This document shows, in pieces, positions 26,589 to 36,254 of a DNA stretch of 64,000 bases; within the stretch, counting starts at the first letter, position 1, and each line of letters starts with the position of its first letter. The position numbers were made by a program, and so were the translations under genes. The stretch is from Bacteroidales bacterium (GTDB lineage: Bacteria > Bacteroidota > Bacteroidia > Bacteroidales > JAIOZK01), in NCBI GenBank assembly GCA_021740625.1, contig JAIOZK010000021.1, positions 2,289 through 66,288 on the forward strand, given 5' to 3'. A model generated the notes under the pieces. The model saw nothing but the letters and a program-made list of their open reading frames with translations. It did not search any database and had not been told where the DNA came from.

Positions 26589-28106
26589 ATGAAAAATACA
26601 ATTTTATCAGTGTTAATGATACTGGTCCTGGGGCCAGTATCTTTTTCGCAAAACGAAGTGGATGCTTTAAGATTTTCAGAAACCCGAGTAATAGGTACAG
26701 CCAGAAGCGCCTCGATGAGTGGAGCATTTGGAGCACTTGGAGCCGATTTTTCAAGTCTAAGTACAAACCCGGCGGGAATAGGACTTTACAGAACTTCAGA
26801 GTTTGTTCTAACCCCACAATTGTATTTTGCAAGTGTGGATGCAACCTATCAGAACTCCCTCAGAAACGACCAAAAAGAAAACTTTAATTTCTCAAATATC
26901 GGACTTGTGCTTACACAGGATATTCCAGACAGGTTGAATAAAGGAGGATGGAAATATATCCAGTTTGGTGTTGGTATGAATCGACTCAAAAATTTTAATT
27001 ACAGAACAATCATGGAAGGTGTCAATTCACAAAATACCATGGGTGAATATTTTGCTGATATTGCCAACAACTCAGGATTATCATACAGTGTAATTGAAAA
27101 TGATGAATTTGATGAGTTTCCATATCTGAACCCAGCATGGTGGTCTTATGCAATTGATACCTTGCCGGGAGGCGGAGGTAATCAATATGTAAGCCGTTCG
27201 GCAGATGCGCCTTATAACCAAAAACAAATCAATCATACCTGGGGCTCCATGAATGAAATAAGTTTTTCATTTGGAGCAAATTATAATGATAAGCTCTTCC
27301 TGGGCGCTTCGCTTGGATTCCCATATATCAGGTATTACCAGGAAAGGAGCTACACCGAAACCAATACTGCACAAGGAATTGACGAGGTTTCATATCGAAG
27401 GTTCCAGGTAAATGACGAACTGATCACAAAAGGAACCGGATTTAACCTGAAGCTAGGTCTTATTTATAAACCGGTCCAATGGTTGCGTATTGGTGGCGCC
27501 GTTCATACACCAACATGGTATTCTAACATGACAGATGAACTGGTGGTTGATATGAATACATCTTATGATACACCTGATAGTGAAGGAAACTATGATTACT
27601 ATGCTTCATTTCCTTATTATTCAAATTCGGCCATTTATGAATATGATCTGAAAACACCTTTCAGGGCCATGGGTAATCTGGCGTTGTTTTTTGGTCCTTT
27701 TGGCTTGCTGAGTGTTGATTATGAGTTTATCGACTATTCAACAGCCAAGCTCAGGGGTTATGATTATGATTTTGATATGGAGAATCAGGCAATTGCCAAT
27801 AAATACATTGCCACACATAATTTTAAATTTGGTACGGAATGGCGTTATACCAATTTCGCTTTCAGGGGTGGTTATGCTATTTATCAAAGCCCTTTTTCCA
27901 ATAATATTAATGATGGAGCACAAACCTATTATTCTGCAGGAATTGGCTATCGAATCGATAATTTTTTCCTCGATTTCGCATGGCTGCATATGACTGAAAA
28001 AGAAGACTATTACCTTTACGGAAACCAGGATATTCAGGTTGCACCTGCCAATATCGACTATAATACCAACAGATTCATGCTTACATTGGGATTTAAATTC
28101 AACTAG
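26589..28106 (+). CDS. FadL/PorV-like outer-membrane beta-barrel protein
   Basis: A signal peptide is followed by an N-terminal ARSASMSGAFGALGADFSSLSTNPAGIG motif. The protein has alternating beta-strand character and a terminal aromatic residue (GFKFN). Confidence 0.55.
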   Translation: MKNTILSVLMILVLGPVSFSQNEVDALRFSETRVIGTARSASMSGAFGALGADFSSLSTNPAGIGLYRTSEFVLTPQLYFASVDATYQNSLRNDQKENFNFSNIGLVLTQDIPDRLNKGGWKYIQFGVGMNRLKNFNYRTIMEGVNSQNTMGEYFADIANNSGLSYSVIENDEFDEFPYLNPAWWSYAIDTLPGGGGNQYVSRSADAPYNQKQINHTWGSMNEISFSFGANYNDKLFLGASLGFPYIRYYQERSYTETNTAQGIDEVSYRRFQVNDELITKGTGFNLKLGLIYKPVQWLRIGGAVHTPTWYSNMTDELVVDMNTSYDTPDSEGNYDYYASFPYYSNSAIYEYDLKTPFRAMGNLALFFGPFGLLSVDYEFIDYSTAKLRGYDYDFDMENQAIANKYIATHNFKFGTEWRYTNFAFRGGYAIYQSPFSNNINDGAQTYYSAGIGYRIDNFFLDFAWLHMTEKEDYYLYGNQDIQVAPANIDYNTNRFMLTLGFKFN

Positions 28107-28111
28107 TGGAG

Positions 28112-28136
28112 ATCCCGCATTTTGCGGGATTTTTTA
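28112..28136. terminator. Hairpin terminator between convergent genes
   Basis: The stem is atcccgc paired with gcgggat, with a 5-nt loop. A T run follows at 28131-28135. It lies between the + gene ending at 28106 and the - gene ending at 28134. Confidence 0.6.
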
Positions 28137-29612
28137 TTTAATCCTTTCCAGCCTGGCCTTTGCTTTGTGTTTGATGCTTCTTTCATATTCATCAAAATCC
28201 ATGTCCAGGCATAAGGTATAGTATCTTTTGGCTGATTCAAGATCACCCTGTTCCTCACTGATAATTCCGCTTTGCAAGGCAGCATTTGCGGCAAAATATG
28301 TTTTTGATGATTTTCCGGAAAGTATACTTCCCTTAAAACATTCAAGTGCTTTCTCGAAGTTATGCATTTGCTGATATATCCGTCCGTGCCTGTAATTATA
28401 CTCGGTAATAATGGAATTGTTTTTTCCTGACAGATTGATTGAATCCAATGTAATAAGTGACTCTTGATAGTATCCTCCGTCAAACAAAAGGCGGGATCTT
28501 AAAAGGGAGACATCAGGAATTTCCTTTTGCCTGGCTTCTTTCAACGCTTGATGATCAGCATCTGCAATGGATTCAGGAGCCTTCGTAACTGATGCGATTG
28601 TTTTTTTGTAAGCCAGGGTATCACCATAAATTAAATATGACCAGGCAATTTTTTGCCTGGCAGAAGCCAGATAAGATCTTCCTTTAAAATTTTGGATATA
28701 CAGTCTGAAATCATTCCTGGCGCTTGTATCCAGCTTTCTGAGCAATGTCAGTCCTCTGAGATAGTTTAGATAATAAAATGGATAGCTGTTCGGGCCGGGT
28801 TCATAATTACTAAGAACTTTCAGGGCCTGTTCATTCTGACCAGACTTTATATAATAGGAGGCTTTTACAAATACCATCAAAGGGCTTTTGATATCAAAGG
28901 TGCTCATACTTTGTTCAATCATTGAAAGATAATCCTTTTCCAGCCCAATATTCATTTGAATAAAAGATAAAAGGAAGAGGGCTTCGGGTATAAAATCCTG
29001 GTATGAACCATCATGCTTTGCACTATCTATGAAGGTTAAAAGTTCACTGATGCCCTCATTCACATTGCCTTCCATGCCGATGAGGTTGGTGATCCATTTA
29101 TAATTATCGGGCACTGTACCAATGATTGTATGCAGCAATCCCAATCCGATCTTGTTGGGATAAAAATCCGGGAATTTTTCCTGGTTTTTTTCTAATTTCC
29201 GATAGGCCCGGTTAATCTCGAAAAAGGCTGTAAAATATTCTTCGAATTTGATCCTGGCGAAGGCCCACTGCAGGTTAATGTTGGCTTCACAAAATAAATA
29301 ATAAGGAGAGTTTTCCGGTCCATCAGAGATTTCCTTTAGCCTTGCTCCCTTGTTATTTTCAAGATTTTGGAATTCTTCACGGTTTTCACCGATAATAATT
29401 CTCAGGAAATCCATGTAATTCTCCAGGTAAAGCGGCATCAAGTTGTTCGGATTGACTTGATTTTCACTTTTAAGGATGTTATCGGCCTCTTTAAAATCCA
29501 GTTCAATTATTTCCCGGTAGGCACTTTGGCAATTTTTGTTAAAATCAAACTCCTGGGGTATTCCTTTCAGGTTGAGCAGAAGTAAAAATGATATGAAAAG
29601 CAATGATTTCAT
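28134..29612 (-). CDS. Secreted TPR-like repeat protein, function unknown
   Basis: The start is moved to MKSLLFISFLLLLNLKG, which begins a signal peptide. The protein has helical repeat character throughout, with TPR-like A/Y/L spacing near the C-terminus. Confidence 0.55.
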   Translation of the reverse strand: MKSLLFISFLLLLNLKGIPQEFDFNKNCQSAYREIIELDFKEADNILKSENQVNPNNLMPLYLENYMDFLRIIIGENREEFQNLENNKGARLKEISDGPENSPYYLFCEANINLQWAFARIKFEEYFTAFFEINRAYRKLEKNQEKFPDFYPNKIGLGLLHTIIGTVPDNYKWITNLIGMEGNVNEGISELLTFIDSAKHDGSYQDFIPEALFLLSFIQMNIGLEKDYLSMIEQSMSTFDIKSPLMVFVKASYYIKSGQNEQALKVLSNYEPGPNSYPFYYLNYLRGLTLLRKLDTSARNDFRLYIQNFKGRSYLASARQKIAWSYLIYGDTLAYKKTIASVTKAPESIADADHQALKEARQKEIPDVSLLRSRLLFDGGYYQESLITLDSINLSGKNNSIITEYNYRHGRIYQQMHNFEKALECFKGSILSGKSSKTYFAANAALQSGIISEEQGDLESAKRYYTLCLDMDFDEYERSIKHKAKARLERIK

Positions 29613-29654
29613 TGTTGGATAAAAATAAAAAAAAGAGAACAAAGTCCTCTTTTT

Positions 29655-30500
29655 TTATTTTTGTTCAACTGCTTCTGCAATTTCATCATCAACCAAAATC
29701 CTTCCGCAATATTCGCAAACAATGATCTTTTTATGCATCCGGATGTCCAATTGATGCTGTGGTGGTATCTTGTTGAAACAGCCGCCGCAGGCGTCTCTTT
29801 CGATCTTAACAACAGCAAGGCCGTTTCTTGCATTTTTCCTGATTCTTTTATAAGCGGCAAGCAATCGATCTTCAATATAATTTTGGTTTTGCTCAGAGTT
29901 CTTGATCAATTGTTTTTCTTCCTTCTCAGTTTCCGCGACAATGTCTTCCAGTTCATTTTTCTTTACCTCAAGATCATTGTTTCTTTCTTTCAGGTTTTCT
30001 TCTGATTCTTTGATGCTTTCTTTGATCTTTTCTGATTTTTCCTTGTATTCAGAGATCCTCTTTTCGGCGAGTTGTATTTCCAGTGTCTGAAACTCTATTT
30101 CCTTGCTTAAACTATCATATTCGCGATTGTTCCTGACACTCATCTGCTGATCTTCGTATTTTTTGATCAGGGCCTGGCTTTCCTTGATTGTGTTTTCTTT
30201 TTCCGAAATCTGCTTCTTTAGATTGTCAATTTCATTCTTGTGATTTTCAAGTCTTGTTTCAAGACCTGCAATTTCATCCTCCAGGTCCCGGACTTCAAGA
30301 GGCAGTTCTCCCCTGACGATCCTGATCTTATCAACCTGGCTGTCGGTTTGCTGTAAGTTGTAAAGGGCGATTAACTTTTTTTCAATACTAACCTCAATAT
30401 TCTCCTCCCCTTTACCAGCTTTTGCGTTGGCTTTTATTTCACCTGCTTTTTTAGTTTTTTCTTTTGTAGCTGCTTTATCTTTCGCTTGCTTTTTTGCCAT
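29655..30500 (-). CDS. Coiled-coil protein with C-terminal C4 zinc ribbon (COG1579-like)
   Basis: A long heptad-rich Glu/Lys region is followed by CGGCFNKIPPQ...CEYCGRIL. This family is typically encoded next to Nif3, as it is here. Confidence 0.7.
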   Translation of the reverse strand: MAKKQAKDKAATKEKTKKAGEIKANAKAGKGEENIEVSIEKKLIALYNLQQTDSQVDKIRIVRGELPLEVRDLEDEIAGLETRLENHKNEIDNLKKQISEKENTIKESQALIKKYEDQQMSVRNNREYDSLSKEIEFQTLEIQLAEKRISEYKEKSEKIKESIKESEENLKERNNDLEVKKNELEDIVAETEKEEKQLIKNSEQNQNYIEDRLLAAYKRIRKNARNGLAVVKIERDACGGCFNKIPPQHQLDIRMHKKIIVCEYCGRILVDDEIAEAVEQK

Positions 30501-30511
30501 AATGTATTTGT

Positions 30512-31606
30512 TTACAAATAATTAACTGGGTTCGTGTTGATTTCCGAAATTTGAAGTGCAAAGTTAGGAAATTTTTGCTTAAGTATAGTGAAAATTAACT
30601 CCTTAGTATATTGCTCACTTTCATAATGACCAATGTCAACAATCATCATGCTTTTATCTGTTTTGAAAAAGTCATGGTATTTCACATCTCCTGTGATAAA
30701 AACGTCTGCACCCCTTGCTTTTGCAGCATCGATTAAAAAACTCCCGGAACCTCCACAAACGGCCACTTTTTTAATCCTGGTACTTTCGAGTCTGGTATAT
30801 TTAAGACAACCGGCTTTAAAATTATCTTTTATTCCGACCAGGAATTTATTTTTTTCCATGGCTTCAGGTAGTTCGCCAATGATGCCACTTCCCACCTGTT
30901 TAAATTCATTTTCCAGCGGGTATATGTCGTAAGCAACTTCTTCGTAGGGATGGGCTTCAATCATTTTTCCCAGTATCCCTTTTTCCTTATAGACAGGGTA
31001 AATAACTTCAATCCTGATTTCATCCTCAAAATGCAGTTTATTGATCTCACCAAGGTGAGGATTGCTGCCTTCACCGGCCCTGAAGGAGCCCTTACCAGTC
31101 AGATTGTAACTGCAACTGTCGTAATTGCCGATATGTCCGGCCCCTGCGGCAAACATCGCTTCACGAACTTTATCTGCATCGTCAACCGGACAAAAGGTTA
31201 CCAGCTTTCGAAGCAAATTCTGTTTTGTCTTCAGAATTGAAATATCCTTCAGGCCGATTAAATCAGCAATTTTTTTGTTAACTCCCATAAAAATATTATC
31301 AATATTGGTATGGGTCGCATATATACCTATTCGATTCCGTATGGCTTTCATGATGGTCTTTTCTAACATGCTCTGTCCGGTGAGTTTTTTTATACCACCA
31401 AAAATAAGCGGATGATGCGAAATAATCATTCCGCAATTGTTTTTTATTGCCTCGTCAAGTACTTCATCTGTTACATCAAGACAAATAAGTACCTTATTAA
31501 CGTCATCATTCGGATTGCCAATCAACAATCCTGAATTATCATAATCCTCCTGCAAAGACAGTGGAGCGATCCTTTCAATTTCAGATGTGATTTCTTTTAT
31601 TTTCAT
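30512..31606 (-). CDS. Nif3-like dinuclear metal centre protein (YqfO/YbgI family)
   Basis: The N-terminus reads MKIKEITSEIERIAPLSLQEDYDNSGLLIG. HHPLIF and HTNID motifs are present. The ATG at 31606 is preferred over the TTG at 31615. Confidence 0.85.
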   Translation of the reverse strand: MKIKEITSEIERIAPLSLQEDYDNSGLLIGNPNDDVNKVLICLDVTDEVLDEAIKNNCGMIISHHPLIFGGIKKLTGQSMLEKTIMKAIRNRIGIYATHTNIDNIFMGVNKKIADLIGLKDISILKTKQNLLRKLVTFCPVDDADKVREAMFAAGAGHIGNYDSCSYNLTGKGSFRAGEGSNPHLGEINKLHFEDEIRIEVIYPVYKEKGILGKMIEAHPYEEVAYDIYPLENEFKQVGSGIIGELPEAMEKNKFLVGIKDNFKAGCLKYTRLESTRIKKVAVCGGSGSFLIDAAKARGADVFITGDVKYHDFFKTDKSMMIVDIGHYESEQYTKELIFTILKQKFPNFALQISEINTNPVNYL

Positions 31607-31719
31607 GTTTAACAATTATTTTAATATGTAAATGAAATTTACAAAAATTTATTTCTCTATTCATATAATTTTAATGCGAAAATCCTTGCCGGCATTAAAA
31701 TACTTTTTAAATTTAAACC

Positions 31720-32817
31720 GTGAATCTAATAAGGATTATTCTTTACCCTTTTGCCCTTCTTTACGGAATAGTAATGTTCATTAGAAACAAACTATTCGAC
31801 TGGAATATTTTCCCATCAGAGAGTTTTGATATGCCCGTTGTTAGTGTGGGGAATCTTTCCGTTGGAGGTACGGGAAAAACCCCAACAGTTGAATTGCTGA
31901 TTCGGATTTTAAAGAAGAATTTGAAAATTGCCACACTGAGTCGTGGCTATGGTCGAAAAACGAGGGGTTTTATTCTGGCAGGCAAGGAATCAAGTTACCT
32001 GGAAATTGGTGATGAACCCCTTCAATATAGTCAGAAGTTTGATGAATTGACCGTAGCTGTTGATGAAAACAGGAGAAGGGGTATCCATATGCTCATGAAT
32101 GAGCATGAAGACCTGGATGTCATTATTCTGGATGATGCATTCCAGCATCGTTACGTCAAACCAGGTTTGTCAATATTGCTTACCGATTTTCATAATTTGT
32201 ATTGCAATGATTACCCCTTACCGACGGGAGATCTCAGAGAATTCAGGGTCGGTGCAAAGCGGGCTGACATCATCATCGTTACCAAAACACCTTGTGTTCT
32301 ATCACCCATTACCAGAAGGAGGATCACCAATCTTATCAAACCGAAAGTGCATCAGGAGTTGTATTTCTCATTTATTGCCTACAAAAAAATGAAAGCAGTT
32401 CCGGGCATCAGTCATACACCCGATGATTCAAAAATCAATACCCTCTTACTTTTTTGTGGGATTGCCAATTCATACCCTATTCAGGAACATTTGAAAACAA
32501 AATGTCAGGAGTTGATCGTACTGGAGTTTCCGGATCATCATAAATACAATCAAAAAGACATGCAGAAAATCATCAGCACCTACCGGGATATATTCAGCCG
32601 GAACAAAGCGATTATCACAACAGAGAAAGATGCCATGCGGTTGATAAAAACAAGTTTGATTGAATCATTGCAGGATTATCCTCTTTATTATTTACCCATA
32701 GAAATGAAGCTGCATAAAGAAGATAGTGATAACTTTGTGCAGAAAATAAAATCTTATGTTGGAAACGATCAAAGAAAGCGCCCGGTTCCTGCAGGCGAAA
32801 ACGAAAATTCAACCTGA
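31720..32817 (+). CDS. lpxK: Tetraacyldisaccharide 4'-kinase
   Basis: The protein has the P-loop VVSVGNLSVGGTGKTP and an ILDDAFQH motif. It uses a GTG start. The 3' end overlaps the next gene by 62 nt. Confidence 0.82.
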   Translation: MNLIRIILYPFALLYGIVMFIRNKLFDWNIFPSESFDMPVVSVGNLSVGGTGKTPTVELLIRILKKNLKIATLSRGYGRKTRGFILAGKESSYLEIGDEPLQYSQKFDELTVAVDENRRRGIHMLMNEHEDLDVIILDDAFQHRYVKPGLSILLTDFHNLYCNDYPLPTGDLREFRVGAKRADIIIVTKTPCVLSPITRRRITNLIKPKVHQELYFSFIAYKKMKAVPGISHTPDDSKINTLLLFCGIANSYPIQEHLKTKCQELIVLEFPDHHKYNQKDMQKIISTYRDIFSRNKAIITTEKDAMRLIKTSLIESLQDYPLYYLPIEMKLHKEDSDNFVQKIKSYVGNDQRKRPVPAGENENST

Positions 32818-33574
32818 AGCCGGGATTATCCTGGGTACAGGTCTCGGCGGCCTTACAAGTGAAATAGAGATTGATACCAGCATCCCATACAAACTCATCC
32901 CGAATTTTACAGTTTCTACAGTTGAAGGACATGAAGGTAAAATGATTTTTGGCAAACTGGGAAGGAAGGATGTTGTGGCCATGCAGGGGCGGCTTCATTT
33001 CTATGAGGGTCATAGCATGTATGATATAACCTTCCCGATACGGGTGATGAATGAACTTGGCGTCAGGCTCCTGATTATCTCAAATGCCAGTGGTGGCCTG
33101 AACCCGGAGTTTGAAATCGGAGATATCATGTTCATCAGGGATCATATCAACCTGATGCCAAATCCACTGATCGGACCGAACAATGTTAAAATTGGCCCCC
33201 GCTTTGTGGATATGAGCAAAGCATACGATCCTTTTATATTAAAACTCGTCAGTGATATTGCCCTGGATAAAGGGATCAAACATCATACGGGCATCTATGC
33301 CGGTGTGAGCGGACCTACCTTTGAAACCCCGGCCGAATACAATTATTTTCACAGGATCGGTGCGGATGCCGTTGGAATGTCAACTGTTCCGGAAGTTATT
33401 GTTGCCCGGCATATGAATATGAAGTGCTTTGCCGTTTCCATCATTACTGACCTGGGTGTGGAAGGAAAAATTGTTGAGATTTCGCATCAGGATGTTATTG
33501 AAGCTGCAAAACTCGTTGAACCCAGGATGACAACGATCATTAAAACGCTGCTTGAACAAATTCGCTTAAAATGA
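32756..33574 (+). CDS. Purine nucleoside phosphorylase (trimeric PNP family)
   Basis: The matching segments are GIILGTGLGGL, VEGHEGKMIFG, GRLHFYEGH, GVSGPTFETPAE and GMSTVPEV. Confidence 0.88.
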   Translation: MLETIKESARFLQAKTKIQPEAGIILGTGLGGLTSEIEIDTSIPYKLIPNFTVSTVEGHEGKMIFGKLGRKDVVAMQGRLHFYEGHSMYDITFPIRVMNELGVRLLIISNASGGLNPEFEIGDIMFIRDHINLMPNPLIGPNNVKIGPRFVDMSKAYDPFILKLVSDIALDKGIKHHTGIYAGVSGPTFETPAEYNYFHRIGADAVGMSTVPEVIVARHMNMKCFAVSIITDLGVEGKIVEISHQDVIEAAKLVEPRMTTIIKTLLEQIRLK

Positions 33575-34063
33575 AAAGTCAAGTATTTTAAGCTGCCACT
33601 TTTCTCCCAGGTGATATTGCTTGTATTTAAAAGAGGATAGTATCATGGCGCCGCCCATTACCCCGGCAGATATCGCAATGTCAGATGCCGGTAAAATCGG
33701 GTATTCCCGGTTCAGGCTTCGGTTGAAACCGGTCAATACAAAATAGGTCAGTCCTCCGACCAATGCTCCCTTCGAAATAAACTGCAGAAGACTTCTTTCC
33801 CGGTAAACCGCATTGATCCTTGATAGTTCAATTTCGATGGTGTTATTAATTTGCAGTATGGAATCCTCCAGAGAAGTAATTCTTCCATAAACATTCAGTG
33901 TGTCATTGATCTTCAGCATGATCTTATTACCAGGATAATATTTAATCGTTTTGAATTTCCCTGTCTTTTCAAGCACAAGTAAAGTTTGGGCAGGTGCTGA
34001 GTAAGTAAGCATGAGATAAAACAATACCGAAATTAAAACTCTCAGGATTATTGGTGAAATCAT
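33566..34063 (-). CDS. Hypothetical protein with signal peptide and C-terminal hydrophobic segments
   Basis: This is a 165-aa ORF with an N-terminal signal-like segment ending in APAQ. I recognise no family. Confidence 0.45.
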   Translation of the reverse strand: MISPIILRVLISVLFYLMLTYSAPAQTLLVLEKTGKFKTIKYYPGNKIMLKINDTLNVYGRITSLEDSILQINNTIEIELSRINAVYRERSLLQFISKGALVGGLTYFVLTGFNRSLNREYPILPASDIAISAGVMGGAMILSSFKYKQYHLGEKWQLKILDFSF

Positions 34064-34149
34064 AGATCGAAATTACAATAAAGCCTTTAAAATCTTCATT
34101 TAAAATGTTAAAAATTCTAATTTCGTACAAAATTCAATTCATTTTGTGT

Positions 34150-35307
34150 ATGAAAAAGCTGATCGTGCTTATATTCATTCTTGTTCTGGTGTTGCCTTCA
34201 TGTAAGGATAAACCTTCCGGAAATACAGCCATCGTCAAGGGTGAACTGAATCATGTGAGAAAAAACAAACTTTTCCTGGTTGAGTTGGATATAAAAAGAA
34301 TCAGAGATGTTGATTCCGTGGTGCTGAAGAACGGCAGGTTCGAACTTGAAGTACCGTTGGAAGAAGCAAGTATCTTTCTTCTGAAAGATGGAGAAGTCCA
34401 TTATCTTCCGCTTATCATAAAACCCGGTGATGTCATCGGGATCAGTGGAGATTCTTTTGGTGATCCTGCAAGCCTTACAATCACAGGATCAAATCCATCA
34501 GCAATGCTGAAAGACTATGAGGAACGCTTCCAGCAGAACAGAAGCTTCGTTGATTCACTGGTCCTGTTGCTCAGAAAGGCCGAAAACCAGGAGGCCCTGC
34601 TAAAAAAGCGTGATGAAACGCAACCCCTCTATGATTCGGTTGCTGAAGACCAGGCTCGGTTTGCCAAAAGTATTGTGGAAAAAAGTCCGGGCAGTCTTGC
34701 GGCCCTATTTTTATTGAATCAGCGTTTCGGGCAAAAGAACCTTTTTGATTCGGAAAAAGACCTGGCGTATTTTAAGATGATCGACAGCGGATTGATGGCC
34801 AATATTCCCCGGAACAAACACAGCATCGATCATCATATTCGTATGGAATCCCTTGAAAAGAAAAGAAAAGCCGACCGGGAGGCGGCCATCAGGCTGGCGA
34901 CCGGGAAAAAGGCACCTGAATTGTCGCTGCCAGATACCAGCGGGAACCCCATCTCCCTGCAATCTTTAAGAGGAAAGTACACTCTGCTTTATTTCTGGGC
35001 TGCCATGGACGTTTTCTCACGCAAGGCCAATGCAGATATGAAAAAATTCTACAAACAACACAAAAACAAAGATTTTGAAATATATGCTATTTCGCTTGAT
35101 AAAACCCCGAGTATGTGGAAGCATGCCATCAGAATGGATACACTCAAATGGGTGAATGTGGCTGATATAGGAGGTATGAAGACCCCGACTTCCAGGTTGT
35201 TCAATGTTCCCGACCTCAACTATATGATTTTGCTGGATCCGGAAGGTAAAATACGGTACAAGGGTTTTGATATAAAGGCCGTGCAAGATATAATCGGGGC
35301 AAAATAA
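34150..35307 (+). CDS. TlpA/AhpC-like thioredoxin-fold lipoprotein lacking the CXXC active site
   Basis: The start is moved to MKKLIVLIFILVLVLPSC, which carries a lipobox. The C-terminal thioredoxin-fold region reads LLYFWAAMDVFSRKA where homologues have FWASWCGPCR. The rest of the fold pattern (AISLDK, LLDPEGKI) is retained. Confidence 0.7.
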   Translation: MKKLIVLIFILVLVLPSCKDKPSGNTAIVKGELNHVRKNKLFLVELDIKRIRDVDSVVLKNGRFELEVPLEEASIFLLKDGEVHYLPLIIKPGDVIGISGDSFGDPASLTITGSNPSAMLKDYEERFQQNRSFVDSLVLLLRKAENQEALLKKRDETQPLYDSVAEDQARFAKSIVEKSPGSLAALFLLNQRFGQKNLFDSEKDLAYFKMIDSGLMANIPRNKHSIDHHIRMESLEKKRKADREAAIRLATGKKAPELSLPDTSGNPISLQSLRGKYTLLYFWAAMDVFSRKANADMKKFYKQHKNKDFEIYAISLDKTPSMWKHAIRMDTLKWVNVADIGGMKTPTSRLFNVPDLNYMILLDPEGKIRYKGFDIKAVQDIIGAK

Positions 35308-35333
35308 ATATTTGTCTTATCATTGTAAAAAAA

Positions 35334-36119
35334 TTGGTATTGGAAGAAATCAGACTTGAAAAGGGAAAGAAGATCTATTTTGCATCCGATTTTCATTTGG
35401 GTATTCCTGATCCGGAGCGCAGCCGGCTGAGGGAAACGCAACTGGTCAACTGGCTTGAGTTTGTCAGGCAAGATGCCGCGGAAATATACCTGATGGGTGA
35501 TCTTTTCGATTTCTGGTTCGAATACAAAACCGTTATCCCAAAGGGATATGTACGCCTGTTTGGCAAACTCGCCGAAATCACGGATTCAGGATTGCCTGTT
35601 TATCTTTTCCGGGGTAATCATGATATATGGGCTTTTGATTATCTTGAAAAAGAGGTAGGATTGTGCCTTGAAAGAGAATCCGTAACCAAATTGATCAATG
35701 GCAGGAAATTCTTCCTTGCACATGGAGATGGACTTGGACCTGGCGATAGGGGATATAAGTTCCTGAAAAAAGTCTTTGAGCTGAAATTCAATCAGTGGTT
35801 GTTCCGCTGGCTGCATCCCGACCTGGGCGCCAGGATGGGTTTATATTTTTCTAAAAAAAGCCGCATTGCTAACATTATCAAGGAGGGAAAGCCCGAAAAT
35901 CACGTCCCCCTGGAAAAGGAAATGCTTTACCAGTTTGCCCTTTCCGAATCAAAGAGCGATCCCGAAATTGACTATTTTGTCTTTGGACACAGGCATATGC
36001 CGGTGCAAAAGCAAATCACTGAAAAAACTGAATTGATCATCCTCGGCGACTGGGTGACCAATTTTACCTACGGGGTATTTGACGGAGAAAAGTTTGAGTT
36101 GAAATTCCTGGGAAAATAA
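35334..36119 (+). CDS. lpxH: UDP-2,3-diacylglucosamine diphosphatase
   Basis: The calcineurin-like metallophosphoesterase motifs are ASDFHLG, GDLFDFWFEY, GNHD and GHRH. The size is typical for LpxH. Confidence 0.78.
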   Translation: MVLEEIRLEKGKKIYFASDFHLGIPDPERSRLRETQLVNWLEFVRQDAAEIYLMGDLFDFWFEYKTVIPKGYVRLFGKLAEITDSGLPVYLFRGNHDIWAFDYLEKEVGLCLERESVTKLINGRKFFLAHGDGLGPGDRGYKFLKKVFELKFNQWLFRWLHPDLGARMGLYFSKKSRIANIIKEGKPENHVPLEKEMLYQFALSESKSDPEIDYFVFGHRHMPVQKQITEKTELIILGDWVTNFTYGVFDGEKFELKFLGK

Positions 36120-36254
36120 GAGGTAGTCCGGAAAGTGCATTATTTAATCAGGTTGGCCGGAGTTGAAGCCTAAGTTCTCTCTGATTATCAGCGTACCTCG
36201 AATACGCTCGAAGTTAACCAGATGGCTAAAGGACACTTTTGTGACAGCTCCATG

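Noticed and set aside
36120-36254. Possible small RNA or terminator between the convergent lpxH and gap genes
   Set aside because: I found no convincing stem-loop, T tract or conserved motif by eye, so I left it unannotated.
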